Assembly (NCBI GenBank): GCA_046727575.1
Contig: JBKPCV010000054.1
Coordinates: 21 to 64,020 of the forward strand
Source of the DNA: Actinomycetota bacterium
Lineage (GTDB): Bacteria; Actinomycetota; Acidimicrobiia; IMCC26256; DASPTH01
Direction: 5' to 3'
Length of the DNA: 64,000 bases
Shown here: piece by piece, positions 1 to 9,366 of the stretch
Numbering within the stretch: position 1 is the first letter of the stretch
Layout of the letters: every line of letters starts with the position of its first letter
The notes under the pieces: generated by a model
What the model was told of the DNA's origin: nothing
Seen by the model: the letters and a program-made list of their open reading frames with translations, nothing else
Database searches by the model: none
Position numbers and translations under genes: made by a program

Positions 1-396
<396 letters not shown>

Positions 397-754
397 GATC
401 ACGGACCTCGCCGGCGAACCGACTCGGTACAGATCCAAGAGAGCCGCCGGATCGGGTCACAGGCCCGGCCCGGCAACATGCGCGGACAACCCGAGGGTCA
501 CCCGCGCGGAATTGATTGGTGACGTGTCTCGCGACACGCCCGCACTGGCTTTTGGCGTCAACTATTCCGTTTTCAAGGAGCCGCTGCTCGACAGAGTGGA
601 CCGCAGCACGAACACGAGTCGTGGGGTTTCCAACGAGCGTCGAGCCGACACTCACCTCTCGCCTCGGTCGGCCTCGCACCCACGGCAAGGCCGAAGTGCG
701 GCCGGCGAGAGGCGTCCGTGTCAATCCGCGCTGGTCGCCCAGGGCGGACCAACG

Positions 755-783
755 ATCCTATGGGCCGAAAAGCGTGTCTGCAA
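755..783 (-). promoter_or_regulatory. candidate rRNA operon promoter TTGCAG-N17-TAGGAT
   Basis: Minus strand reads TTGCAG (783-778), a 17-nt spacer, then TAGGAT (760-755), ~355 nt upstream of the 16S 5' end. Pattern evidence only. Confidence 0.3.
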
Positions 784-918
784 GCCGACTGGCAGCTTTC
801 GCAGAACACTCGTCCCGACGATTTCGCAGAATTTGCAACCCGATCGCGGCGCAGGGACTTCCCGCAGATCCCCGATTTCTGCCGTCCGGCTAGGGTGGCT
901 TGTGTGGGTTCGAGCGGT

Positions 919-1113
919 ATGAAACGCAGAGGCCGGCGACGCCAGCCCAAGGTGGGCACGCGACCCGAACGCGAGTACGCGCTCCACGAGGAACAGCGCG
1001 CCGTGGCTGCCCAGTTCGGGCTGGCGGGCAAGGGCTGGATGTTCTGGACCGCGCTCGCGGTGGTCGTTGCGCTGGTCGCGTTCGGGGTGCTCGGGCTCGC
1101 GTTCTTCTTCTAG
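919..1113 (+). CDS. small (64 aa) basic protein with C-terminal transmembrane helix, hypothetical
   Basis: ATG at 919 in the frame of ORF 718..1113. Strong G/C third-position bias. C-terminus is WMFWTALAVVVALVAFGVLGLAFFF. Convergent with tyrS. Confidence 0.45.
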   Translation: MKRRGRRRQPKVGTRPEREYALHEEQRAVAAQFGLAGKGWMFWTALAVVVALVAFGVLGLAFFF

Positions 1114-1134
1114 CGGTTCGGCGCCGATCGATCC

Positions 1135-2343
1135 TCAGGCCCGTAGGCGCGCCCAGTTGCGGCGGCCGAGTTGGAGGAGCTTGCCGTCGGCCTCGGCGCC
1201 GTCGACCTCGAGGTCGGGATCGGTCACCTCTTCACCGCCGAGGCGAACACCGCCTTGCACGATCTTGCGCCGGCCCTCCTTGTTCGACGACACCGCGTCG
1301 GGGAACGCGACCCGCAGCAACGTGGCGACGCGGATCGGAGAGGACGGCACCTGCACCTCCGGGACGTCGGATGGCGCCTCGTGGGCGACGAATACGCGGT
1401 CGAACTCAGCCTCCGCCGCGCGCCCGGCGCCCACGCCGTGATAGAGGTCGACAACGGTGCGCGCAAGCAGGCGTTTGGCGTCGACCGGTCGCATGTCGCC
1501 GCGCTCCAGGGCGTGCTCGACCTCCCGGGCCCGCTCCAGCGGCCAGGCGGTGGCGAGCTCGAAGTACTGAGGCATCAGGTGATCGGGAAGCGACATCAAC
1601 TTGCCGAACTGCTCGCCGGCAGGCTCGGCGATGCCCACGTAGTTGCCGAGCGACTTGGACATCTTTTGCACCCCGTCGAGCCCGACGAGCAACGGCATCG
1701 TGAGCACCACTTGCGGCTCGAGCCCTTCCTGCTCCATGAGTGGCCGCGCCATCAAGAAGTTCCAGAGCTGGTCACTGCCGCCGAGCTCGATGTCGGCCTC
1801 GACCATCACCGAGTCCCACCCCTGGAGCAGCGGATACAGGAACTCCATCACCGAGATGGCCTCACCGCTTGCGTAGCGCTTGGCGAAGTCGTCGCGCTCG
1901 AGCATGCGCGCGACCGTCGTGCGCGACGTGAGGCGCAACACGTCCTCGATGTCCATCGTGGCAAGCCATTCCGAGTTGCGACGAATCTCCAACGGTTCGG
2001 GCAGCAGGATCTGGTGGAGCTGGTCGACGTAGGTGGCGGCGTACTCCTCGACCTGTTCCTTCGACAAGCGCGGGCGCGTGACCGAACGTCCGGAGGGGTC
2101 GCCGATCTGCGCGGTGTAGTCGCCGAGGATGAGCACCGCGGCGTGGCCCCGTTCCTGGAACTGCCGGAGCTTGCGCAACACGACGGCGAAGCCCAAGTGG
2201 ATATCGGACGCGGTGGGGTCGATGCCGAGCTTCACTCGCAGCGGCCGTTGATTCGCCAGCTTCGTCTGCAGCTCGTCGAGGCTGATGAGCTTGTCGTACG
2301 CCTCGTCGAGCACGAAGTCGACCGTCGCCGGCCCGCCGCCCAC
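1135..2343 (-). CDS. tyrS: tyrosine--tRNA ligase
   Basis: Class I motifs DIHLG and KMSKSLGN. The ORF 5' extension is Arg/Pro-rich and overlaps mpg, so the in-frame GTG at 2343 is chosen (start uncertain). Confidence 0.9.
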   Translation of the reverse strand: MGGGPATVDFVLDEAYDKLISLDELQTKLANQRPLRVKLGIDPTASDIHLGFAVVLRKLRQFQERGHAAVLILGDYTAQIGDPSGRSVTRPRLSKEQVEEYAATYVDQLHQILLPEPLEIRRNSEWLATMDIEDVLRLTSRTTVARMLERDDFAKRYASGEAISVMEFLYPLLQGWDSVMVEADIELGGSDQLWNFLMARPLMEQEGLEPQVVLTMPLLVGLDGVQKMSKSLGNYVGIAEPAGEQFGKLMSLPDHLMPQYFELATAWPLERAREVEHALERGDMRPVDAKRLLARTVVDLYHGVGAGRAAEAEFDRVFVAHEAPSDVPEVQVPSSPIRVATLLRVAFPDAVSSNKEGRRKIVQGGVRLGGEEVTDPDLEVDGAEADGKLLQLGRRNWARLRA

Positions 2344-2373
2344 CTCTACGCTCCACGCGCCGGCGCGGGGCCG

Positions 2374-2427
2374 CTCGGACCACGGCTCGTTGCGGCGCAG
2401 GCTACCTTCGCCGCGGCCACTCGCCTC
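2374..2427. repeat. GC-rich hairpin repeat, copy in the tyrS 5' region / mpg 3' region
   Basis: ctcggaccacggctcgttGCGGCGCAGGctaCCTTCGCCGCggccactcgcctc; ~85% identical to copies at 5761 and 23283. Confidence 0.7.
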
Positions 2428-2440
2428 ATGCCGGGGGACG

Positions 2441-3052
2441 CTACCCGGTGGGCCGGCGCGGTCCGCGGCTGGTATAGGGGCTGTCGGGCACGACGAAGCG
2501 GAAGGCCGACTCGTCACCCTCGCCGGGCCGGAGACCGACGCGCGGGGTTACGAGCGGGGCGGCGGGAGGTGGCACGCCATCGTCGACAATGCGCACCTCG
2601 CCGCGCTTCTGGTCGACACCGTCATGTTCACGGGTGAGGCCGAACGCCTGGCAGAGCCGCGCGGGACCCGCGCACAACTCGCGATCCGACCGCGCCCTCA
2701 CACGACGCGCCCGCATCGCGTCGAGCCCGGCGACCGGCGCTGCGGCACGCAACAACACCGCCGACGCGTCCCCGTCGGCGTGCCCAACGACGTTCGCGCA
2801 CCAGTGCATGCCGTACGTGAAGTACACGTAGAGATGCCCGGGCGGCCCGAACATCGTGGCGTTCCGCCGTGTCATACCGCGGTACGCATGGCTGCCGGGA
2901 TCCTCAGAGCCGCAGTACGCCTCTGCTTCCACGATGCGCGCCGCGATGCGAGGCACGCGCGGTTCGGCCCGCACGAGCAGCTTGTTGAGCAGCAGCGGTG
3001 CGAGCTCGCGCGAGTCGCGCCGATAGAACGAGCGCGGAAGGGTTCGGCTCAA
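2441..3052 (-). CDS. mpg: DNA-3-methyladenine glycosylase (Mpg/AAG family)
   Basis: RIVEAEAYCG..DPGSHAYRGMTRRNATMFGPPGHLYVYFTYGMHWCANVV. TTG at 3052 lies 2 nt after the argH stop; the ORF-track start at 3130 would overlap argH by 77 nt. Confidence 0.85.
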   Translation of the reverse strand: MSRTLPRSFYRRDSRELAPLLLNKLLVRAEPRVPRIAARIVEAEAYCGSEDPGSHAYRGMTRRNATMFGPPGHLYVYFTYGMHWCANVVGHADGDASAVLLRAAAPVAGLDAMRARRVRARSDRELCAGPARLCQAFGLTREHDGVDQKRGEVRIVDDGVPPPAAPLVTPRVGLRPGEGDESAFRFVVPDSPYTSRGPRRPTG

Positions 3053-3053
3053 C

Positions 3054-4436
3054 TCAACGCTCGAGCCAACGCGCCTGTTCGTCGAGCCGCTGCTTGGCGG
3101 CGTCGAGTTGCTCGGCGACCGAATCGGCACCGGCCCCGCCGGCGCTCGTCCGGCGCGCGACGGCGGCGCCGGGCTCGAGGAGCGCGAGGGCGTCAGGACC
3201 GAGGTCGGGCTCGGTCATCACCAGCTCGTCGAGCGGCACCCGCCGCTCTTCGGACTGTCGCACAAGTACCCCGACGCGCCTGTGCGCCTCGCGGAACGGG
3301 ACGCCGCGCTCTACGAGCCATTCGGCGAGGTCGACGGCCGCGGACGTGGGGGTGTCCGCAGCCGCCCGCATGCGTTCAGGCAGGAACTCGGCGGTGGCGA
3401 TCAGGCCGGTCATGGCAGCGAGCGCGCGCCGATTCTGGTCGAGCGCGTCGAACAGTGGCTCCTTGTCTTCCTGGAGGTCGCGGTTGTACGCGAGCGGGAG
3501 GCCCTTGAGCGTCGCGAGGAATCCCGCGAGGTCGCCGATCAAGCGGCCGGCCTTGCCGCGCGCGAGCTCGGCGATGTCGGGATTCTTCTTCTGGGGCAAC
3601 ATCGACGATCCGGTGCTGTATGCGTCGGCGAGTCGTACGAACCCGAACTCTTCGGTGGACCAGAGCACGATCTCCTCGCCGAGGCGCGAAAGGTGGACCT
3701 GCGTGAGCGCGAGCACGAACAGCGCCTCCGCGACGAAATCGCGGTCGGACACGGCATCGAGCGAGTTGTCGAAACGACGCGCGAAGCCGAGCACGTCCGC
3801 GGTGTGGTCGGGATCGATCGGCAGGCTCGACCCGGCGAGCGCGCCGGCGCCGAGCGGCGACACGTCGACGCGCGTCAGCGTGTCGCGCCAGCGGTCGACG
3901 TCGCGGGCGAACGCCCAGAAATGCGCGAGGTGGTGGTGCGCCAGGAGAACGGGCTGCGCGCGCTGGAGGTGCGTGTAACCGGGCAGGTAGACGTCGGGTC
4001 CCGCGGCCTGCGCGCGATCCCACAGCACCTGCTGCAGCCCGTGGATCCGCCGCGCCGCATCGGTGCCCTCGCGGCGGAGGAACAGCCGCAGAGCAGTTGC
4101 GACCTGGTCGTTGCGGCTGCGCCCGGTGTGCAGCTTGGCACCGGCCGCGCCTGCGAGCTCGGTGACCCGACGTTCGATCGCGGTGTGGATGTCTTCGTCG
4201 TCCGGCGCGAAGGTGAACGTGCCCTCGACGAGCTCGACCTCGACGCGGCCGAGTGCGGCCGTGACCAGCGCCGCCTCCTCGTTCGTGAGCAGACCGACGC
4301 GTGCCAGCATCGCGACGTGCGCGCGCGAGCCCGTGACGTCGTCGGGGCCGAGGCGCCGATCGAACGGGAGACTCTCGGTGAACGCGATGAGCTCGTCGGC
4401 GGGACCATCGCCGAAACGACCGTGCCAGAGCGTCAT
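3054..4436 (-). CDS. argH: argininosuccinate lyase
   Basis: N-terminus MTLWHGRFGDGPADELIAFTESLPFDRRL, 460 aa. ATGA overlap with the argG stop. Confidence 0.97.
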   Translation of the reverse strand: MTLWHGRFGDGPADELIAFTESLPFDRRLGPDDVTGSRAHVAMLARVGLLTNEEAALVTAALGRVEVELVEGTFTFAPDDEDIHTAIERRVTELAGAAGAKLHTGRSRNDQVATALRLFLRREGTDAARRIHGLQQVLWDRAQAAGPDVYLPGYTHLQRAQPVLLAHHHLAHFWAFARDVDRWRDTLTRVDVSPLGAGALAGSSLPIDPDHTADVLGFARRFDNSLDAVSDRDFVAEALFVLALTQVHLSRLGEEIVLWSTEEFGFVRLADAYSTGSSMLPQKKNPDIAELARGKAGRLIGDLAGFLATLKGLPLAYNRDLQEDKEPLFDALDQNRRALAAMTGLIATAEFLPERMRAAADTPTSAAVDLAEWLVERGVPFREAHRRVGVLVRQSEERRVPLDELVMTEPDLGPDALALLEPGAAVARRTSAGGAGADSVAEQLDAAKQRLDEQARWLER

Positions 4437-5704
4437 CCGGCCTCCGGGCCGCCCTGCTCGCGCGCCCAGGTCTCCACGGAGAGGCCCCAGAGGCGGACGA
4501 ACCCTTCGGAGTCCTGGTGGCGGAACGTGTCCGACGCGTCATAGGTCGCCAGGTCGTAGCGGTAGAGGCCGTGCTCGGCGCGGCGGCCGGCAACGGTGCA
4601 GCTCCCCGGTTCGAGCCGCAGTCGCACATCGCCGGTGACGTGTTGTTGTGACGCCGTTATGAACGCGTCGAGCGCCTCGCGCAGCGGCGAGAACCACAGG
4701 CCGTCGTAGACGAGCTCCGCGTAACGCGGCTCCAGCCGGGACTTCTCGCGCATGAGGTCGCGCTCGAGGGTGATCGATTCGAGATCCGCGTGTGCGAGCA
4801 TCAGCGCGAGCGCGCCGGGACATTCGTAGTTCTCACGGCTCTTGATGCCGACGCGACGGTTCTCCACCATGTCGACGCGCCCCCAGCCGTACGGTCCGAC
4901 ACGAGCGGTCGTCTCGAGAACGAGCTCGTCGAGCGGCATCGCTTCACCATCGAGCGCGACCGGGACACCCTCCTCGAAGCCGACGACGAGCTCCCACGGC
5001 TCGAGCGCGCGCCCGTCGGGGTTAGTGGTGAGCGTGTAGATCTCGACGGGCGGTGCGGCCCACGGGTCCTCCAGCACGCCGCACTCGATGGCGCGGCCCC
5101 ATAGGTTCTCGTCGATCGAGAAGGGATTGTCCTTGCGCACCTTGATCGGGATGTTGTGCCGCGCCGCGTAGTCGATCGAGTCCTCACGAGTGAAGCCCCA
5201 CACACGGACCGGCGCGAGCACGTCGAGGTCGGGCGCCAGCGCGCGCACCGACACCTCGAAGCGCACCTGGTCGTTTCCCTTCCCGGTGCAACCATGGGCA
5301 ACGGCGTCGGCATTGAACGCGCGCGCCGCGCGGACGAGGTGACGCGCGATCACCGGACGCGACAACGCCGACACGAGCGGATACTTGGCCTCGTAGAGCG
5401 CGTTGGCACGAATCACGGGCGCGACGTAGCCGTCGGCGAATTCGCGCTTCGCGTCGACAACGATCGCTTCCACCGCGCCGGCGGCGAGCGCGCGGTCGCG
5501 GATCGTGTCCCAGTGACCGTCCTGTTGATGGTCGCGCTCGCTGCGGGCCGGGAAACCCGGCCCGCTCACGCTCGGCCACTCCTGCGGCTGCCCGACGTCG
5601 ACGGACAGCGCGATGACCTCGGCGCCCCACTCCTCCTGGATCCACTTCACCGCCACTGAGGTGTCGAGGCCACCCGAATATGCGAGCACCACACGCTTCG
5701 CCAT
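4433..5704 (-). CDS. argG: argininosuccinate synthase (carries a ~21-aa in-frame insertion derived from a repeat element)
   Basis: MAKRVVLAYSGGLDTSV ATP-binding N-terminus. ATG at residue 23 of ORF 4433..5770. Confidence 0.95.
   Translation of the reverse strand: MAKRVVLAYSGGLDTSVAVKWIQEEWGAEVIALSVDVGQPQEWPSVSGPGFPARSERDHQQDGHWDTIRDRALAAGAVEAIVVDAKREFADGYVAPVIRANALYEAKYPLVSALSRPVIARHLVRAARAFNADAVAHGCTGKGNDQVRFEVSVRALAPDLDVLAPVRVWGFTREDSIDYAARHNIPIKVRKDNPFSIDENLWGRAIECGVLEDPWAAPPVEIYTLTTNPDGRALEPWELVVGFEEGVPVALDGEAMPLDELVLETTARVGPYGWGRVDMVENRRVGIKSRENYECPGALALMLAHADLESITLERDLMREKSRLEPRYAELVYDGLWFSPLREALDAFITASQQHVTGDVRLRLEPGSCTVAGRRAEHGLYRYDLATYDASDTFRHQDSEGFVRLWGLSVETWAREQGGPEAG
5531..5575. 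repeat. GC-rich hairpin repeat copy embedded in frame in argG
   Basis: gtcgcgctcgctGCGGGCCGGGaaaCCCGGCCCGCtcacgctcgg, a 10-bp perfect stem. On the minus strand it encodes SVSGPGFPARSER. Confidence 0.75.
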
Positions 5705-5760
5705 GCGTTCTTCCCTTACCCTCCTACCCTCCGCTCTCGGCGGCTTTTGCCGCCGGGCTG

Positions 5761-5814
5761 CTCGGGCCACGCCTCGCTGCGGCGCAGGGTACCTGCGCCG
5801 CGAGACGCTCGGCT
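5761..5814. repeat. GC-rich hairpin repeat directly after the argR stop
   Basis: ctcgggccacgcctcgctGCGGCGCAGGgtaCCTGCGCCGCgagacgctcggctc, a 10-bp perfect stem. It abuts the argR stop at 5815. Confidence 0.8.
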
Positions 5815-6282
5815 CTAGAGACCGGCCAGACCAGCAAGCTCACCAGCGACTTGAGAACCGCGGGCGTTCTCCGAGCACACGACGAGGATGGTGTCGTCGC
5901 CGGCGACGGTACCGAGGACGTCGGGAAGACCGGCCCGGTCGATGGCGGACGCGACGACGTGCGCGGAGCCGGGCGGAGTGCGCAGCACAACGAGGTTGGT
6001 GCTGTGGGCGACCTCCACCACGAAGTCGCCCATCACCCGACGGAGATGGTCGTCGGGCGCGCTGCCCTCCTTGGCGTGCTCGGGGATCGCATACGCCGTG
6101 GCGCCGCCGGGGATGCGCACCTTGACCGCGCCGAGGTCCTCGAGGTCGCGGCTCACGGTCGCCTGCGTGGCGACGACGCCGTCGGATGCGAGGAGCTCGA
6201 CGAGCTGCACCTGGCTCGAGATCGCCTGCTCCTCGAGCAGGCGTGCGATGCGGTGCTGTCGTTGCGGCTTGCCGAGCGTCAC
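5815..6282 (-). CDS. argR: arginine repressor
   Basis: [50 protein letters not shown]. The GTG start forms a GTGA overlap with the argF stop. Confidence 0.9.
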   Translation of the reverse strand: MTLGKPQRQHRIARLLEEQAISSQVQLVELLASDGVVATQATVSRDLEDLGAVKVRIPGGATAYAIPEHAKEGSAPDDHLRRVMGDFVVEVAHSTNLVVLRTPPGSAHVVASAIDRAGLPDVLGTVAGDDTILVVCSENARGSQVAGELAGLAGL

Positions 6283-7187
6283 GTCGCCGCTCCCACGAGC
6301 TGCGCGAGCAACGCACGCGCCGCGTGCATGCGGTTGGCGGCCTGCTGCCACACCCCGGACCGGGGCCCGTCGATGACGCCGGCCGACACCTCCTCGCCGC
6401 GGTGCGCCGGCAGACAGTGCAGGAACCACGCCTGTGGCCCGGCGGCGGCCATGAGCTCCTCGTCGACCGTGTAGCCCTCGAACGCGGCGCGCCGGGCCGC
6501 GGCCTCTTCTTCTTGCCCCATCGACGTCCACACGTCGGTGTAGACGGCGTCGGCAGCGCGCACGGCTTCGTACGGATCGGCGGTGAGCTCGATGGCGCCA
6601 CCGAGGTTGCGCGCCCGCTCGACCGTGTCGTCGTCGAGCTCGTAGCCCGCCGGGGACGCGACCGTGAGCTCGACACCCGACAGCGCGGCTGCAAACGCGA
6701 GTGATGCGGCGACATTGTTGCCGTCCCCGACGAACACCAACCGACGGCCTTCGAGGTCACCGAGCAATTCCTCCAGCGTGAGGAAGTCCGCAAGGGCCTG
6801 GCAGGGATGCGCGCGGTCGGACAGCAGGTTGACGACCGGCACGTCGGCGGCTGCCACCATCTCCTCGAGGGTTTCGTGGTGGAACACGCGCGCTGCGATC
6901 ACCGAGCAGTAGCACGCGAGCGTCCGGGCGACGTCGGCAACGGGCTCCCGCACACCCAAGCCGACCTCCTCGGGCCGAATGTAGATCGGGTGGCCGCCGA
7001 GCCCGACGACCGCCATCTCGGTGGACGTGCGTGTCCGCGTCGACGGCTTCTGGAACAGCAGCGCGACGCCCCGGCCGTCGAGGACCTTGGGCACCTGCGT
7101 GGGCTCGCGCTTCCAACACGCGGCCGCGTCGAGCACGGCAGCGAACTGGGCCGGCGTGAGGTCGTCGACCTCGAGGAACCGCTTCAT
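6279..7187 (-). CDS. argF: ornithine carbamoyltransferase
   Basis: [32 protein letters not shown]. The ATG is residue 186 of ORF 6279..7742. Confidence 0.95.
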   Translation of the reverse strand: MKRFLEVDDLTPAQFAAVLDAAACWKREPTQVPKVLDGRGVALLFQKPSTRTRTSTEMAVVGLGGHPIYIRPEEVGLGVREPVADVARTLACYCSVIAARVFHHETLEEMVAAADVPVVNLLSDRAHPCQALADFLTLEELLGDLEGRRLVFVGDGNNVAASLAFAAALSGVELTVASPAGYELDDDTVERARNLGGAIELTADPYEAVRAADAVYTDVWTSMGQEEEAAARRAAFEGYTVDEELMAAAGPQAWFLHCLPAHRGEEVSAGVIDGPRSGVWQQAANRMHAARALLAQLVGAAT

Positions 7188-8383
7188 CCGGAGCGCTCCG
7201 CCAGCACCCGTTCGAGGATCGCCACCGCCTCGTCGATCTCCTCGTCGGTGACCAGCAGCGGCGGCTCGAACCGCAACGCGGTCGGCGTGACCGCGTTCAC
7301 CACCAGGCCCGCGTGGAGGCACGCGTTCGCGACGGCGCCCGATTCGAGCCCCGGCGCGAGCTCGGCGGCGACGAGGAGCCCGGCCCCCCGCACGTCCGCG
7401 ACACCGGGGACGGCGAGGAGCGCCTTCATGAGCCGTTCCCCGGCGCGCCGCGCGAGCGCGGGGACGTCCTCGCTCTGCATGACCTCGAGGACCGCGAGCG
7501 CCGCGCGCGCGGCGAGCGGCTGCCCGCCGAAAGTCGTCGCGTGGTCCCCGGGCTTGAACGCAGCGGCGACGTCGCGGCGCGCCCAGCACGCGCCGATCGG
7601 CACGCCGTTGCCGAGGGCCTTGGCCATCGTCACGATGTCGGGTCGGACCCCGTCGGCATGCTGGAACGCGAACCACCTCCCGGTGCGACCGAGCCCGGCC
7701 TGCACCTCGTCGACGATCATCAGCGCCTCGCGTTCGTCGCACAACGCGCGCACCGCGGCGAGGTATCCGTCGGGCGCGGGGATCACACCGCCTTCACCCT
7801 GGATCGCCTCGAGCAGCACCGCGGTGACGCGACCGTCCATTGCGGCGGCGAGCGAGTCGACGTCGCCGAAGGTCACTTGTCGGAAGCCCGCGGGCAACGG
7901 CTGGAACACTTCCTGCTTCTGCGGCTGCCCGGTGGCTGCGAGCGTCGTGAGCGTGCGCCCGTGAAAGGAGCCGTACGCGGAGACAACGTGGTAGCGCTCG
8001 GGGCCACCGTTGGCCTGGCCATGACGCCGGGCGAGCTTGATCGCGCACTCGTTGGCCTCAGCGCCCGAGTTGGCGAAGAACACACGGCCGCCGCCGCCGA
8101 GCAGGTGGTCGAGCTGTTGCGCAACTCGGGGCTGCACGTCGTTGTAGTAGAGGTTCGACACGTGGAGGAGCGTGCGCGCCTGCTCGGCAATCGCGTCGGC
8201 CACTGCGGGATGTGCGTGCCCGAGCGAGGTCACCGCGAGCCCGCCGAGGAAGTCGAGGTACTCCCGACCCGCGCTGTCCCACAGGCGCGTTCCTTCACCC
8301 CGTACGAACGCGACCGGGAGCCGGCCGTACGTCTGCATGACGTAGTCGGCGTCGAGCGTCTGGATGTCCTCGAAGGGCGTCAT
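7184..8383 (-). CDS. argD: acetylornithine aminotransferase
   Basis: MTPFEDIQTLDADYVMQTYGRLPVAFVRGEGTRLWD, class III aminotransferase. ATGA overlaps at both ends. Confidence 0.95.
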   Translation of the reverse strand: MTPFEDIQTLDADYVMQTYGRLPVAFVRGEGTRLWDSAGREYLDFLGGLAVTSLGHAHPAVADAIAEQARTLLHVSNLYYNDVQPRVAQQLDHLLGGGGRVFFANSGAEANECAIKLARRHGQANGGPERYHVVSAYGSFHGRTLTTLAATGQPQKQEVFQPLPAGFRQVTFGDVDSLAAAMDGRVTAVLLEAIQGEGGVIPAPDGYLAAVRALCDEREALMIVDEVQAGLGRTGRWFAFQHADGVRPDIVTMAKALGNGVPIGACWARRDVAAAFKPGDHATTFGGQPLAARAALAVLEVMQSEDVPALARRAGERLMKALLAVPGVADVRGAGLLVAAELAPGLESGAVANACLHAGLVVNAVTPTALRFEPPLLVTDEEIDEAVAILERVLAERSG

Positions 8384-9261
8384 GAGGACTCCCACCTTGG
8401 TGGCTCCGCTTCGATCATCGTCCCGATGCCCTCGCGCGTGAAGAACTCGAGCAGCAGCGCGTGCGGGACGCGCCCGTCGAGAATGTGCGCGCGGCGTACG
8501 CCGTTGCGCAACGCGTCGGCGCACGACCGGACCTTCGGGATCATCCCCTCCGAGAGCTTTCCGTCGGCCTCGAGTCGCTCGAGCCCATGCGCGTCGATCC
8601 GGGAGATCAACGTTGCCTCGTCGGGATAGTCGGCGTACAGGCCGGCGACGTCCGTGAGGTACACGAGCTTCTCGGCGTCGACCGCACGGGCGATCGCGCC
8701 GGCTGCAGTGTCGGCATTGATGTTGTAGGCCTGCCCGGCGTCGTCCACGCCGATCGTGGCGATCACCGGGATGAGCTCCTCGTTGACGAGGCGTTGCACG
8801 ATCGAGGGGTCGACGCTGGCAACATCGCCGACGAACCCGAGACGCTGGTCGCGCATCGAAACCGTGATCAGGCCGGCGTCTTCGCCGGACAACCCGACCG
8901 CGTAGGAGCCGTGGCGGTTCACGCATGCGACGACCTCGCGGTTCACCTTGCCGACGAGCGCCATGCGGACGATGTCAACGGTCTCGGCGTCCGTCACGCG
9001 CAGGCCGTCGACGAATTGCGGCTTCTTGCCGAGCCGCTGCATCAGGTCGCTGATCTGCGGGCCGCCGCCGTGCACGATCACCGGGTTCATTCCTACGTGT
9101 CGCATCAGCACGACGTCCTGGGCGAACAGATCCGCGAGCGTCGGGTCGTCCATCGCGTGCCCGCCGTACTTCACCACGACCGTCTTGCCGGCGAACTCCT
9201 GGATGTACGGAAGAGCCTCGGCGAGGATCGCCGCCTTCTCCAGCACTCTTGCGTCGCTCAC
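8380..9261 (-). CDS. argB: acetylglutamate kinase
   Basis: LPYIQEFAGKTVVVKYGGHAM..VIVHGGGPQI; GTG start. Confidence 0.95.
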   Translation of the reverse strand: MSDARVLEKAAILAEALPYIQEFAGKTVVVKYGGHAMDDPTLADLFAQDVVLMRHVGMNPVIVHGGGPQISDLMQRLGKKPQFVDGLRVTDAETVDIVRMALVGKVNREVVACVNRHGSYAVGLSGEDAGLITVSMRDQRLGFVGDVASVDPSIVQRLVNEELIPVIATIGVDDAGQAYNINADTAAGAIARAVDAEKLVYLTDVAGLYADYPDEATLISRIDAHGLERLEADGKLSEGMIPKVRSCADALRNGVRRAHILDGRVPHALLLEFFTREGIGTMIEAEPPRWESS

Positions 9262-9292
9262 GACGTCCTCATTTTTCGTCCAGCACCATGGC

Positions 9293-9366
9293 GTCGCTCG
9301 CTGCGCCCGGGGATACCCCGACCGCAGTCGCTCGCTCCGCGTGCTCGCTCGACTTCGCTCGCTCCC
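9293..9366. repeat. GC-rich hairpin repeat plus CGCTCGCT-rich tail inserted between argJ and argB
   Basis: gtcgctcgctgcgCCCGGGGataCCCCGaccgcagtcgctcgctcc, followed by gtgctcgctcgacttcgctcgctccc. Confidence 0.8.

Noticed and set aside
5156-5659. Antisense and alternative-frame ORFs across argG (5156..5659 +, 5184..5645 -)
   Set aside because: Shadow ORFs of argG. Their only notable feature is translation of the embedded repeat.
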